Shown: positions 40,040 to 54,817, counted from the first letter of the stretch. The stretch: DNA of 64,000 nucleotides from Octopus vulgaris (GCA_951406725.2 OX597826.1:16616001-16680000); one strand, 5' to 3'. The notes: generated from the sequence alone by a model not told the origin. Numbers and translations: made by a program.

Positions 40040-41250
40040 CAACGACGGCAGTTGATAGCACAGCCCCTCTCTTTACAGTAACGTCTAGTGCAAAGTGAAA
40101 TAATTCCGAGTCTACAGCAAACTACATCTGTCCCAAAGTTTCCCAATACCAGATATTGCGTTGGAAGAAGGTCTTCGTAATGGAGAATCTATTTTCAGCA
40201 CTAAGTCTAGTAAATCCCCTTCGTTCGCATAAGGTTCAGAATCACAATTTTTTTCCATTAACGCTTGTTTTGCAACCTGAGATCTTCAGGAAATAAATTA
40301 TCAGTTGCTAAGCTGGACATGCAAACAAATTTCTCCCTTTACGCAAGTGTGCGCACAGACACGAAAGGTTACAGTAGAAGAAGTAGTAAATATGTTCATA
40401 ATTAAATCAGGAGAGGCCTTTGCAGTTAAGCTGGACTCTGATTTTGTATCAGCAGATAAATCATTAAGACAACCCCACCTGTCGACTTCGAAACTAAACG
40501 CCCTCTTCCACACCTGCCGTTAATAATTCAGCTTCCCGCTTCGTGTGTACTTACTATAGTATTGGTATATGGAAGTGAAATTTTACATTTATGCGTTGGT
40601 GTTTCTATGAAGTTGTTGAGGAATCATTACAGAGTGTGATGTGTGCAATTCATAGTGTTGTAGTTTTGGTAGTAGCTTTGAGAAATTGTGCTTTGGAAAT
40701 AATTTGGTGGAGAGTGAAATTTCAATTAAATCAGGATTTCCTTTTCTTTACAGAATCGCGAATTGAATGAACTAGAATCCCGGATGCAACACGAAATATA
40801 AAAGGAAATGTTATACGAAATGAAAATGGAGTATAAAAGTTGGCTTGGTACCAAGACCGATGTTCTTGAATAGTACCATGCATCAATCCTCCAGCCATCG
40901 ACCCGTTTGTTCAAATGCGATCATCTGAGACCGCAGAATATCCTGGATGAGGTATAGCTGAAAGAGTCAGAAAAGGATAGCTTATTAGATTCACTTGTAA
41001 CTTTGATTTTGAGATGATGCCGGAAGTGAAGAATGCGATAATGGCAATGAAAGCAGAAGCAAGTTACTTGCTTTGAAATCCAGACGTGTGTGTGGGTGGC
41101 TGAGGGTGCCGATCTCAAAACGGCAAAAAGAGGCGATCGGCGAAAAGATGAGCGAAGTGGCAGGATTGGGGTGAAGGAATCAGAAGAGTCGTTGTAAAAC
41201 CTGTTGGAGAGGTAATATATAGTGGCAATATGTGAGAGCGGAGGTTAGTC
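40040..41250 (-). mobile_element. Probable decayed Ty3/gypsy LTR-retrotransposon fragments
   Basis: Minus-strand relics: RWLED..MVL and YTRSGK (integrase-end-like), and EPY..LWDRCSLL (gag LGDR.PS.LL-like). The order is not canonical. Confidence 0.35.
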
Positions 41251-41270
41251 GGGCGGAGCCATCACTATAT

Positions 41271-41649
41271 AGGCGTAGGAGTGGCTGTGTGGTAAGTAGC
41301 TTGCTTACGAACCACATGGTTCCGGGTTCAGTCCCACTGAATCTTGGCGCCTTGGACATGTGTCTTCTACTATAGCCTCGGGCTATAGTAGAAGCCCGTC
41401 GTATATATGTATGTGTGTCTGTTTTTGTCGTATATATGTATGTGTGTCTGTTTTTGTCCCCGCAAAATCGCTTGACAACCGATGCTGGTGTGTTTACGTC
41501 CCCGTAACTTAGCGGTTCGGCAAAAGAGACTGATAGAATAAGTACTAGGCTTACAAAGAATAGGTCCTGGGGTCGATGTGCTCGACTAAATGTGGTGCTT
41601 CAGCATAGCCACAGTCAAATGACTGAAACAAGTAAGAGAGTAAAAGAGT
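41271..41649 (+). mobile_element. SINE family A, both ends intact, central part rearranged
   Basis: ggcgtaggagtggctgtgtggtaag (A-box), gggttcagtccc (B-box), tail gactgaaacaagtaagagagtaaaagag. Confidence 0.92.
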
Positions 41650-41689
41650 CATATTTTCATCCTCTTATAAACAAAAATATCCTACATTA

Positions 41690-42090
41690 GAAGCATCTTT
41701 ACGATGAAGGTCTCCGCAATAACTTGTAACTGTGAATCTAGCTTCATAATACATCCTTTGGGCCATCTGTTCCTCCTGCTATAAACTAGACTATCTTAAG
41801 TAAGTATTACTCTTATTGAAAAAACTCCACTTCACTGTTCAATATGTACCCAGCTTCATATTCTTTGACAATCCTCACCAATTCATTCCCATTTCTCTCC
41901 AATAGTCTTTTCAACTCACATGCAACTATGCCAAGCAAAGAAATATATATTGTAGCAGTAACATTCTGGAATTGTCCCTTCTATTATACTCAAAATTTCG
42001 CTCTGCAGGACATGCTCCGTTACTCATCAAATTCTTAAACCCACAGTTCTATAAGAAGATATACCCTGATTCTTGAACATATCTTATATA
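41690..42090 (-). mobile_element. Possible LINE APE-endonuclease fragment
   Basis: Minus strand gives NGNELVRIVKEY..YILN, resembling the APE N.NG..L...C....L..LN segment. Confidence 0.35.
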
Positions 42091-42253
42091 AAGATGAAAT
42101 CAAAATTAAAATGTTCTATTCGAAAAATAAAGTTCATTAAAATATTAAAAGAGCAAATATAAAACCAATACTGATTTTAAATAATTAAAATTGTCGTTGA
42201 AATAGAAGAAATTTAGGGACAATAAAGGTTTCATCTTCAGGTAAAACGTTCTA

Positions 42254-43432
42254 TTGAATTGGCCGGAAAGTAATTTCCTTTTCCGCAAATAGCTACGATT
42301 TTCTTGAATGACTTTGGTTAATGTTATGATTATTTTCCTTTTGACATTTGGTAGCTGGTACTTTTAGCTTACGTTAGAAGCAAATTACGCTTAATTTTGT
42401 TTACAGTTGTTTGTTCAATTTTAACATTGAGCGCAAAAGCGAACATTTTCGCCATATCATGCCTTTTTTTCTGTAAAGGTAAGAAAGCTGTTGAGGCTCA
42501 TAAAGAGATGTGTGAAGTTTATGGTGTTGATTGCTTACCAGAACGAACATGTCAGAAATGGTTTTAAAAATTCCGTTCTGGAAATTTTTCTGGTCAAGCC
42601 ACTGAAGTTGATGATGACCGAATCAAAGCCAAAAGTGAACCTGATGGTCATAAAACTGTGCAGAGGTGTTAAATGTATCACACACTGCAATTGAAAAACA
42701 CTTAAAATGTCTTGGCTTCGTTAAGAAGCTCGATATGTGGGTTCCATATATATTGAAAGAGATACACCTAAAACATAGAATCAATATTTGCGATAAGCAA
42801 AAATCGACATTTTTCTGAAACGAATCATTACTGGTGATTAAAAATGGATTGTCACCAATCGCACCAATCGTAAACGATCATGGTCCAAGGGTAATGAACA
42901 GGCACAAAATATCATGCTGTCAATTTGGTGCGATTACAAATATGTTGTGCATTTTGAGCTGCTTCCAAGGAAACAAACGATCAATTCAGATGTTTACTGT
43001 CACCGACTAATGAGACTGAGGGAATCAATCAAAGAAAATCTTCCAGAATTGGCAAATCGTAAAGAAATCGTGTTCCACTTTCACAATGCATATTTGCTAA
43101 CTCATGAAAATTTAATGGGACTTGGTTGGGAAGTGATGTTACATCCACCATATAGACCTGACCTTGCACTATGAGATTACCATTCATTTCGAAGTTTGCA
43201 AAATTCTTTGCATCGTAAAACTTTCAATAATGACGATAACCTAAAATCGCACTTGGCTGCTAAGGACCAGACGTTCTATAAGCGGGGAATCAGAAAATTG
43301 CTATGAAGATGGTAAAAAGTCATCGAACAAAATGGAAAATAAATGGTTTATTAAAGACCTTTTATTTTAATGAAAGTGAAATGACTTTTATCTCACACTA
43401 AAAAAGCCGTAATTAATTTCTTGCCAATCCAA
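42254..43432 (+). mobile_element. Near-full-length mariner, transposase pseudogenised
   Basis: TA-ttgaattggccggaaagtaatt and aattaatttcttgccaatccaa-TA TIRs; WVPYILK, ITGD*KWI, MLSIWCD, HPPYRPDLAL*DY. Confidence 0.92.
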
Positions 43433-45253
43433 TAGTTTATCAAAACGAAGCTTCACAAGCAAACTCACCGCGTAATTTGCGATCAGATATATACCGGAAA
43501 TGCAGAATAGATGGAAAAAGTTGGGTAAAGTCAGATCTAGTTATAATTTTGCTCTCCATATACTGAAAACAAAAATACTGAAAACAAGATACTGAAAACG
43601 AAAATAAATGGAAATTCTGGGTAATCTAAAATCTTCATGATAAATTATATAAGTTGATAAAGGTTTAGACTACTGCGCAGAAATTGTTAAATGGAATTTT
43701 AGCCTAAGTAATTAAAAGTGTTTTAATGAGAAAGTATTAAAATGAAATACGTCAAAAATTATTGTCAATTCACTGAAACATTATTATTACATGTAAAAGG
43801 GGGTTGAAGGGGAAGAAGAAAAGTGTCTTAGAAAATAAAAAAATATTTAATTAGTTTATGCATTTGTGTTGCAAGATTCCCTGATGTGAGTCCGCCTGTT
43901 GAAATAGATATATAGATATATATCTATTTTATTTTATTTTATTTTTTTGTAGGATGGCCGAAACAAAAAAAAAATGGCCATCCCGAAATACATCAACAAA
44001 TTAATTAGCGTTTAGCTAAAATGGATGAACCAGGATATTGTTTTTAATAAAATTTAGTATACAAATTTAGTATATAAATGACGAATTACCTTTGCGAAGT
44101 AATGTACATAGGTAAAATAGAAGTTAATTAATTAGGTAAAATTAATTCGGTAAAATATTTATAAGCTAAAAATAGTCGTTAGTATGGATTATGACTTCGT
44201 TTCGAGTATACTTAAATTTTCCTGCTCTCATTTATAAATTAGATTGCCATTATTGAAGAACGGTTCCTAATCTTTATGATTCAACTGACTATACATTTCT
44301 AAATATTACAAGATCCCTCATTACTTATGCATGATTCTGAAACAATAATTGCAGATTATGCTTATAAGTTTAAAATATCCTTTCAAGGATTTGAAAAATG
44401 ATAATCCCCGACATTAGTGTTTCACTAACGTTTTTATTTGAAGGTTATTCAAATCGTGTGTTGTTGCTTGAGACTAATTTAAAACATCTAGAGTTTAGTT
44501 TTTGTGGGGCGGTGCATGAGAGAATATTACTTTTAACGCCACATCTAAAGAATATCATACACTTGTATTTTGAGGACATATTTTACAGTAATACAGATAC
44601 AATGTGTATTTATTTAAAATTTCGCTCGGATTGTTTTTGCTGTCAGTTAAAAGCTCCGGACAAGTAACTAAAGACTGAAAAACATTTCATGAGATAGGAC
44701 AAGATATTTCGCTTGTAATTTCTTGTTAAATCTTAAATGTATTCATTGGTTATAAGAGCTACGTAGAAGGGAAATCCATTTGAATACATATAGCTTGGGT
44801 AAAATGGCTTACAGCTCTATTTGTATACTACACTGAGTTTTGTTGGTGAATATAACAGTTTTCATAAGCTCTTTCTATCTATGTCTTCATATAACACGAT
44901 ACATCTTGAGTAAATATATGCTCTTCAAAGGGGATTAATATTGCTTCAGTTAGATTAAAGATTATAACTGATGATCTTAGAGTCAATGCCATTGGAAGTT
45001 TCATCTATTTCCTGGAATGTGAATATTGGTCGAAGGTAGAATTACAATAGAAGGAGTTGTTTCTGCTGTATCAGGGAATCAACATTCTAGGAAGCTACGT
45101 GTGTGATTCATTTCTTGCCTTCTTTGTGGTTTCCTGTTACAGAAATTCACCAGAACCTCAGTCCACCATAATCCCCATTTTATATCTGAATTTTTTCTAT
45201 TAAGTTTATCTCAATCCATCTATATATCTCTTTGGCTCTCTCTGTGAGTGTAT

Positions 45254-45308
<55 letters not shown>

Positions 45309-45418
45309 TGAATGTATTACGTAAGTTTGTATATGAGTGTATGTGTGCGTGTATGTCTGCAAATTTTTATATAGATATACACTTGCACAGCATACATCCA
45401 TAGCACACACAAACACAT

Positions 45419-45475
<57 letters not shown>

Positions 45476-45482
45476 AAACATA

Positions 45483-45865
45483 AGCGCAGGAGTGGGTGTG
45501 TGGTAAGTAGCTTGCTTACCAACCACATGGCTCTGGGTTCAGTCCCACTGCGTGGCAACTTGGGCAAGTGTCTTCTGCTATAGCCTCGGGCCGACCAAAG
45601 CCTTCTGAAGGGATTTGGTAGACGGAAACTGAAAAACGACCGTCGTATGTGTGTGTGTGTCTGTCTGTTTGTCTGTCTGTCTGTGTTTGTCCCTCCACCA
45701 TCGCTTGACAACCGATATTGGTGTGTTCACGTCACTGTAACTTAGCGCTTCGGCAAAAGAGACCAAGAGAATAAGTACAAAAATTAGTACAAAGAATAAG
45801 CGCTGGGGTCGATTTGTTTGATTAAAGGTTAAATGACTGAAACAAATAAAAGAATTAAAGAATAA
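45483..45865 (+). mobile_element. SINE family A, near full length
   Basis: Collinear with the other family A copies. Confidence 0.92.
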
Positions 45866-46786
45866 CAGCACAAAGAGCGATAGCTATCAGACCTTTCTTC
45901 TAAACAGCTTTTGCAACGTCATTTCAGATTTAAAAATAGAATTTAAAATTTATGTTCAGACGTAACTGCATAGGTTTTAGGAATGAATGAAAGAAGAAAA
46001 AAAAAACGAAAATATACAACGAAAAAATATATGTATATATAGCCATAAACACAAACAGGATTAAAATCTATAGCAATAAATATCCTATAAATCATTTTAT
46101 CTGATTTGTGTGATAATCTGCTGCCTTAGATATTTGGATATTTTTATTTTCACGCAAATAAGTTAGCTGAAATGTCTGATGTATCAAAATACATTGGGGA
46201 TCTGCAAATATGTATTAAACGGTCTGTTGCCTGAAACACAATGATTACTCTGGCAGAACATGTTATATAATATGTAGCGATAAAAATCGAATGACAACCC
46301 AAAGAATAAAGACTTACAAAATTCAGCACATTGTATTGACTATGTATATCTCTGAAACATAATTTGCTTTCTGTATGGAATATTGTTTCACTTTAATACG
46401 AGTATCTGAACAAGAGCGTGGAAATATACTTTTCACCGAACAAATACATTGATAAAATTCCACCAATGCAGCATTTCTTGTCAGTTACAGCTTGTAAGCG
46501 GAAGGAGACGTGTTATATTTTACATGAGTGAATCTTTGCAGTGAAGATCATATACCGAAGGTGCATAATCTCATCTGATAAAGTTTACCTAAATAAGTTC
46601 AAGTGAGGAAGGAAATGTATTGCTGTAACAATTATGATGAAATAGTTTTTTTTATTCCAATGTAATGGTGTTATCAATATACTTAGGAGAGTCGCAGAAT
46701 TGTAAAGAGAAAAATGCAAAAATGTATCCTTACATATTCCTCTGTATAATTATGAAAGAAAATTAATAAGTTATTGTATGATATCT

Positions 46787-47028
46787 AAAAAAGTAGAAGG
46801 GTACAGTGAACTTGCCGTGAGGAGTGGAATGGCCATTTTTTCGGATATACTCTTTCGTCGGGGGGGGGGAGGGGAGAAGTAAAGGTGAAAAATGTCATAC
46901 AGAGTTGACAACTCTGACATTTTTCTCATTTTCTTCTCTTTTTATCTGCCCCCTCACGAAGGAGTGAATCCGAAACGTTGGCCATTCCAATCGTCACAAC
47001 AAGTTCACTGTAACCCTTTCACTTTTTT
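46787..47028. repeat. ~240-bp diverged palindrome with a hammerhead-like motif in each arm
   Basis: Centre cagagttg-a-caactctg (46900-46916). Right arm ctcacga-a-gga-gtgaa-tcc-GAAAC-GTT; left arm on the minus strand reads ccgacga-a-agagtatatcc-GAAA. Confidence 0.8.
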
Positions 47029-49287
47029 CCATATTTTTTCAAACCTTGCCGACGCAGAGCTATCAGATTATTGCCTGATTTTAATATCTAACATGGTTTT
47101 GTTCATTTCATTTAAAAGATAACGAATTCGTGCTATAAGTACAGAGAATGGAAATAAATATTTACTTGTTGTAAGGTTAGATTAAATAGCGACAAACCTA
47201 TTCATTGCACGGACAAAACATGATAAAACATTAATTTGCATAGCAAAGGTTAGATATTTAACTAATTTGTGATATGATGAAATTCTTGCATTGCATCTTA
47301 GATTTGTTCGTGGATTTGTTCGTAATATTTGTTCAAATATTAGATAACGGAATAAGTTAAATCCTGTAGTAGGTGTATTGTGCTGTTGAGCTTCGCTCGT
47401 TTACGTCGCAAGCAAACCTTTGACTTTTACGCTTATCCTTGCATAATTTATTCATTAGGTGGACAAATTATTGCATGAACAACTTTAGAAATAAATGGCT
47501 ATTTCCATACATCTACGAGAATCTGATGGTGCAATTAGGCGTTGCAGTACATTTCTGATGCTTCTTTGCATCCTATGGAAGCCCAAGAGAGCTGCAGACA
47601 TTGTAGCCATTAAGACAATGTCATCCATACAGAATAACTGATATAAAACTGGAAAGGACAGCACAATGATTCTGTTATGAACAACATAACCACTGTGTCC
47701 CCATTTCTAATTTTCTATCAGTCACTCACTGTGGATGACATTGTATTAATCTATTTCTTAATGGAGTTGTTTCACCATGTTTTCATTTTCTATGTAACTA
47801 ATGCATGAGGTGTTTGATTAGGTTGGTGTTCATTTGTTGGTGTGTATTGAAAAGCCATCACGTCTAATATATTTGTTATCACCTTTAGAATCTTACATAA
47901 AGTGAATCAATTCCAATTTGTATGAGTGTGACTGTGTTCCAATTCTTGTCTAGAAGAGGAAGTTTTTAAGTTCATACCGTTACAATTTTGTCTAGCAAAT
48001 GCTTCTACAATCAAAAGATCTGCTAACAACGATACGGTAAGTACACACAAAAACGTATTATTAATTCTAATGAAATTTTGAGTGACTCTTAATTAGAAAA
48101 CGCCATTATATGCGAATTGCTACTTGGCCTTACATTCAACGACATTTTTAATTGCGTTTCTTTTCATGTTTGATTAGCTCAGAGATTAAATCAACTTTGT
48201 GAATACTGGAATAAAACTGACATTAATAAAATTACCAAGTTAAAAGACTGGCTAATAACTGAAATAACTAAAATATATTTAAAGCTAAATTTAGAATAAT
48301 GTACATATTTTCAGAGACTGCTGTTTTTTCACTGAACCGGTAGGAAGAACGCAATGTATATAAGTTATTATTTAATTTTTATCTGTACGTACCTATCTTC
48401 CTTTCACTTCGTGCCCGTGTGTACATGTGTGTGTGCGTATTTGTGAGTGTGTGTGTGTGTGTATGTATGTATGTATAACTTAGAGACATAGAGACATGCA
48501 AAAAGAAATCAATAACTGTTGAAATCTTTTAAAAGACAATATAGTTTTTGCAATTTTTCAAATAATAAAGATGGAAACTATAATTTCTGTAATTCAGTCA
48601 TAAAAAAAGGATTCCACCAATAGCCTGAAAGAATATATGCTTTAAAAACACCACGTCGTCTTTAAATTTGGCGTAAACTTTACAATGTTTCGATTCTTGA
48701 TGATGAAATGAATGCTAATGTTACCCGAAAATAATAAAAACCACCAATAAAACATCTAAAATAGGAAATGCCATCGATTGATTGATAAAACGTTTTCTCA
48801 TTATTTCCCTATCATTTTTGCCCACTTCTTTCTCTCCTTACATTATATTTTTGTTTATTTCTCATTCCATTTTCCCTTAACTTTCCCTCCTTCTCATTCT
48901 GTAACACTTCCGCCCACTTGATCATTTTTTATTCATAATTTTCCGGCATTTAATTTTATCGTCATAAGACCTTAATATTTAGTTCTTTTAACATTTATGA
49001 AATTCCATTTCAAAAGCGAAATTATTATTATGAGGGAGGAAGTCGAATTGATTTATTTTCGTTTTGCCTAGTTTTTTTCTTTTGTTTTCTATGTAGTGTT
49101 TATCTTAGTCAAGGTTGTTTAAAGTTTGCCTCTAATCTAATGTGATATTATTTTAGAATAAAAAGGATTTATAAGAAATAGAAATAAAGCCGAAATTTTT
49201 TAAAATGTTGAAACAAATGAAGCATAATCATTAGGTAAATCTATAGGAATATTAACCATCAGGCAGTAGGGGCAATAGCAACTGCAT

Positions 49288-49325
<38 letters not shown>

Positions 49326-50199
49326 TTTGGTGATGATGATGATGATGACCCCAATGATGACGATGGTGGTGGTGGTGGTGGTGGCAGTGATGATGGAAAT
49401 GGTTTCATTTTTCATAATTATTCAATTTCTTTGTGTTGGTGCTCGTAGTGATTGTGACGTTGTGGTGTCTTAAAGCAGTAAAAGAAAAGCCTTTCCCTTT
49501 TGAAATAGTGACATTCCGTCCTGTTTGATATTTATGACAGGCAAAATATTTAAATTTATGTGGCATAGCTTTATGCATCCTGTTTTCAAACACAATTCTC
49601 CCTTTAATTATCATATTTTTTAAACTTTGATATTCACCTGGTCTCACCCGGATCGCCATAGTCATCACGATGTATGATCTCGCAAATTCAGAAACCTCTA
49701 AAGGGAGAGATTATGTCGTTTTGCATTAGATAGTATATCTTTCTTGCTCGACCTATTTTCTGCTAATTAAATCACGTACATTTGCTGGAACATATCTTGA
49801 ATTATTGTCATAACATCAGTGTTATCGCTGCGAGATATGTCTGTCAGGAAATGCAGAGATTAAATTAATAGAATAAAAGCTTCGCGTCTTAACGTTTTAG
49901 CAGCCAAAAATTCAAATATCAACAGACGAGATTGATAACATTATTGACGCTGACATCATCATCTTCCTCGTCCTTACCTTCATCATTGCCATGGTTATTT
50001 GGTTTATATGTAAATTATATGATAAACACTTACAGTTGAACCTTAGAGGACAACAACTTCCGTATTTCGTTAATATCATTTTTAAAATATAATATTACTA
50101 TAAATTTACTTCATGAAGATCTCCCTCTCTCGATTTCCCTCTCTCTCTCTCTCTCTCTCATAGATATATATATCTCCTTGTTTTTTCTCACCCTTTTTT

Positions 50200-50392
50200 G
50201 TCTCCTTTTTTCTATCCTTTTTTTCTCTCCTTGTTTCTCTCCTTGATTTTTTTTTTCTGTGTCCCTTTCTGTAGAAGAGCGTAGGCTCGAAACGTAAAAG
50301 ACTTTTTTCTATTCCTGAGCGTTATACTAATACATCTGTTTGTTATGTACATCACCTGTCTTCGTCTTTTGATTTTTTGTAAACTCTCCCTC
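50200..50392 (+). mobile_element. PLE pLTR-like fragment with a variant hammerhead (50265-50300)
   Basis: cttt-CTGTAGA-a-gagc-gtag-gctc-GAAAC-GTA-aaag; stems I and II pair perfectly. Confidence 0.6.
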
Positions 50393-50402
50393 TCTCTCTG
50401 TC

Positions 50403-50460
<58 letters not shown>

Positions 50461-50728
50461 TGTGTGTGTGTGCGTGTGTATGTGTATGTGTGTATGTGTG
50501 TGTGTGTGTATATACTCGATACAAGAGCAAACAATGCAATATTTGCTGAAAACGGGCTACATAATTCCAAATACCTAAATGTACATTGAGCGATTTTATT
50601 AACCTAATCTGCTTTCGGTTGATTTCTGTAATTATCATCAGTGTATCTTTGGCGATTTAAATAAGAGTTTTGACTGTTATTTCCAGCAGGTAGATATACT
50701 TATTATGTCCTTTGATTAATTTTAATTT

Positions 50729-50820
<92 letters not shown>

Positions 50821-50900
50821 GATAAATGAGAGCGGGAGACAGACAGATAGACAGAACCATGCATACGTACATACGTAATAGTCTCTCTGAGAGTCTGTTA

Positions 50901-50992
<92 letters not shown>

Positions 50993-51733
50993 TGTATGTA
51001 TTAAGACAATATGAATAGGAGTTTTTCTAATCATGCAAAACCGGCATGAAATTTCAGTGACGAACGCTTCTGACTAAAATATAGGTTCTCGCTAATCCGA
51101 AAAGTAGTTTCAATCCTGGTTTAAGCAAGTTTACTTAGTTTACGGCGCTAACCCACTTCTCAAATGTGACTTCATTACGTTATCTATATTTAACAGCCTT
51201 AAGCAATGAGACCTTGCATATTCCAAAAAAGAAGCCGCTATTTGAAAGTCATTATCTAAGTGGTTATGCGCGTAATGTGTCATTACTTTCCATCATAAAT
51301 TTAATCATCCTGAAGAGCTGAATTTCCCTGATGAAACACAATTAGAAATTCAATTTAAATAAAATCCATAAGTTATCTCTTAGCAAGTGCTGAACCATGA
51401 AAAGTTGCATCGAAATTTTAAAATCCTATCGCTAACAATTTATCAGAAGAACAAACAAAGACTAAAGTGAAACTTAATCACTATAAAAGAAAAGCATCGC
51501 AATATAAATCTGTAATTTTTCTATAATATGGATAATTTGAGTGAAGAAATGTCACTGATCAAAAAGATGCACGAGATAAGATTCCTCTTACTTGCTGTTC
51601 TGTGATTGATTGAGAAAATATTTCGATTGTGTGTGTGAGTGTGTGTGTACATGTATGTGTGTGTACGTATCTCTCTTTCTCTCTCTCTTTCTCTCTTTCT
51701 CTCTCTCTCTCTCTCTCCATATCTTTCTATATA

Positions 51734-51787
<54 letters not shown>

Positions 51788-52452
51788 CCGTTATCATGAT
51801 GATTTATAACTAAATATACTGCGAGTTACATAATCCATTGATAGCACATAGGACTTCACAAGATGAACGTATTTTGATTCTAAACAATGTAAACTTATAT
51901 TCCTTTATTGCATTTAAAATTTTAACAATTTGTGTAGCATAAAGATTTTTATATCAATTTATTTAAAAAACGAGTAGAGTCTATTTTTTTATAAGATGAC
52001 AGAAAACTTCGTCGACACTATTATCCATCGCATTGCTGTCTTTCAGTTCAATATTGAGCAAGAAAGTCTACATAGCAACGTTATATGTACCAGTTTCTAG
52101 ACATATAACTTCGTATCGATAAATAAACATATTTGCGGTTATCTTCATCAAATATTAAAAACATCTTTAATTACCTCATTTCAATTTTCCGTAGTTAAAT
52201 ATTGAGTAACAGAAAAATAAATGTTGCTTAAGTCACATCACTGAAATCAGGTGACTCGTTGAATACCATGCAAGCTCAAATTCAAAGGACGAAGGCAAAA
52301 AGATAAGAAGAAGAAGAAGAATAACAACAACAGCAATGACGATGATGATGATAATAATAATAATAATAGGAAGAAGAAGAAGAAGAAGAAGAAGAAGAAG
52401 AAGAAGAGGAAGAAAAAGAAGAATAACAACAACAACAAGGACGATGATGATG

Positions 52453-52510
<58 letters not shown>

Positions 52511-54044
52511 GGACTTGGCCTTGATAAGTTTGCTAAAGCAACTTTTGTAAAAGGCAAGCTCAAGCAAACAGCTTGCATTAAATTAGATACCGACATTACC
52601 ATCAAGGAGCTTGGCCCACAGGAAAATTACATATACCTGGGGGTAAACGAAGGAGATGGTATACAAAATGCTGCTATGAAGGGAAATATAAGAAAGGAAT
52701 ATAAGAAACTTGCATCGAAGCCGTTAATAACCTGGCACTTCAGTAGTCCAATATAGTTTTAGCATCATTAACAGAGTTGCAACGCCTGGTGAGCAGGACG
52801 AGAAAACTACTAACTTCTAAGAACATGCACCACTAAACAGCAGATATCGATCGTATGTACCTGCCTAGAAGTAATGGGGAATGTGGAATGACGCAGGTAG
52901 AACTGTGCTATAAGACCTCCACAGTAGAAATGAACTTATCCAATACAGTGGAGTGGACGCTGTGACTTGTGTGTAAACACGAAAATAGCAAAAAAAACAC
53001 ACACATTCTATTGTCAAGGAATCTTTCAAATTCGCAAGAGAACTTGGAATTAATCCTCAAGTATTTATGGAATCTGAAACTACGGCCACAAAAGAAGCAA
53101 AATGGATCAAGTAGATTGCAAAAAAGAACGAGCAGAAACAAATTGAAGAGCAGTGGAGCCATGGCGAGTATATACTTCAAAGTCAAGATGCTGATGCAAA
53201 TCAAGCAACAACCTATCAGTGGCTGAAAATTTCAGGACTGGGGGATTCATATTAGCGAAACAAGATCAAAGCTGGTTCAGAAAAAACTACCAGGCTAACG
53301 TTCTTCAAAACGGTTCTGACCCTAAATGCAGATTTTGCGACACATTTGACGGAAGAGTAGACCATCCCGTCTTGGATTGTCCTCTGCTGACACCAAATGA
53401 ATACAAAAACCACTCAAGATACGATAAGACAGTATTTACACACTCGAAAATATGTAAACATTACAAAATCAGCACTCCTGCTAACTAGTTTCAACATCAT
53501 CTTGAGCCAGTCGTTGAAAGTGACAATGTCACTCTCCTCAGGGATTGTCCAGTCAACACCGACAGAACGATGCAGGTTAATCGACCGGACATAATTATTA
53601 AAGGCAAGGAAGAAAATACTTGTAGATTATTAGTTGTATGTGTTCCCACTGATAAAAATATATCTGTAAAGGAATTTGACAAACTAAGTAAATATAAGGA
53701 TGTGGAAACTGAAATACAAAAGATGTGGCATCTTAAAACGAGATCTGTTCCTGTTATTGCAGGTGGCCTAGGTATGATTAAAAAAAGGGATGTCAGAAAC
53801 ATCAAGATAAGATACCAGGGGAAACGTGTTTCAGAGAACAAAATATTGTAATGACAATTATAATAATACATCCTTAGAAAAATAATCTCCATTTAAATAT
53901 CTGTGTTATATTACATGAAGTTATTCATCTACTTTCCTCCACCAAGCTTTCAGTCATACTGTAACATCTCTTAACCTTCATTCGCCCCAGATCACTGGGT
54001 GTGTCTTGAAAGGAGACTGTAACAAACATGCAGATTAAAAATGA
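52511..54044 (+). mobile_element. 5'-truncated R4/Dong-like retrotransposon inside (TAA)n
   Basis: GLDKFAKA, YIYLGV, YLPRSNGECGMTQVE, GFILAKQDQS, PKCRFCD..DH..CPLL (CCHC), NRPDIIIKG..VCVPTD and MWHLK. (TAA)n on both sides. Confidence 0.92.
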
Positions 54045-54049
54045 ATAAC

Positions 54050-54116
<67 letters not shown>

Positions 54117-54147
54117 TAATAATAATGATAATAATAATAATAAAAAT

Positions 54148-54715
54148 TGATGCAGTACCAGGCAGTGGCTCTCATGACTTCTCATCTTAACTGATTGGAA
54201 GTGTTATCATGTAAATTGTTTTGTCTTCGTATAAAAGATGGGCTACAGCAAATATTCTGCTCAATACCACAGATTTGCTTGTCAGTTGTTTGACCTTAAC
54301 CAGTTGACCATGTCCCTTAGTGGCTGACGATATGTGCATTTCTGGTTACGAGCAGAAGTATTAGTTGAGTATCATAGCTGTTTGTTGAAAGGAATTCTTA
54401 GAGGTTTGGATAATTCACCTTTGGAAACTTGTGTGTTTCGTTCAACATCCTTAAACAACCCTTATTCAGGGACCTTTTGAGCGGGATGGGTTACTTGACC
54501 AGAAGAAAATTCTAACTGGGCCCCACCTGCAAGGTCATGTGTTGTTTATCTTGATATGAATATCACCATGTCGTACACATATGGTTTTGAGGTTTTGATG
54601 CATGTGCCTGGTGTACCTTTATCAGACAGTTTGTCATGATGGGTATACTGGGCTTCGTACATTTTACCCCAGTGTCACTTTGATGGCATGCACTGCTCTC
54701 TCTCTCTCTCTCTCA
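54148..54715 (+). mobile_element. Non-coding (TAA)n-associated element D, copy 2
   Basis: Homolog of 25139-25659, with (TAA)n on both sides. Confidence 0.88.
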
Positions 54716-54729
54716 ATAATAATAATAAC

Positions 54730-54796
<67 letters not shown>

Positions 54797-54817
54797 TTAA
54801 TAGTAATAATAATAGTA

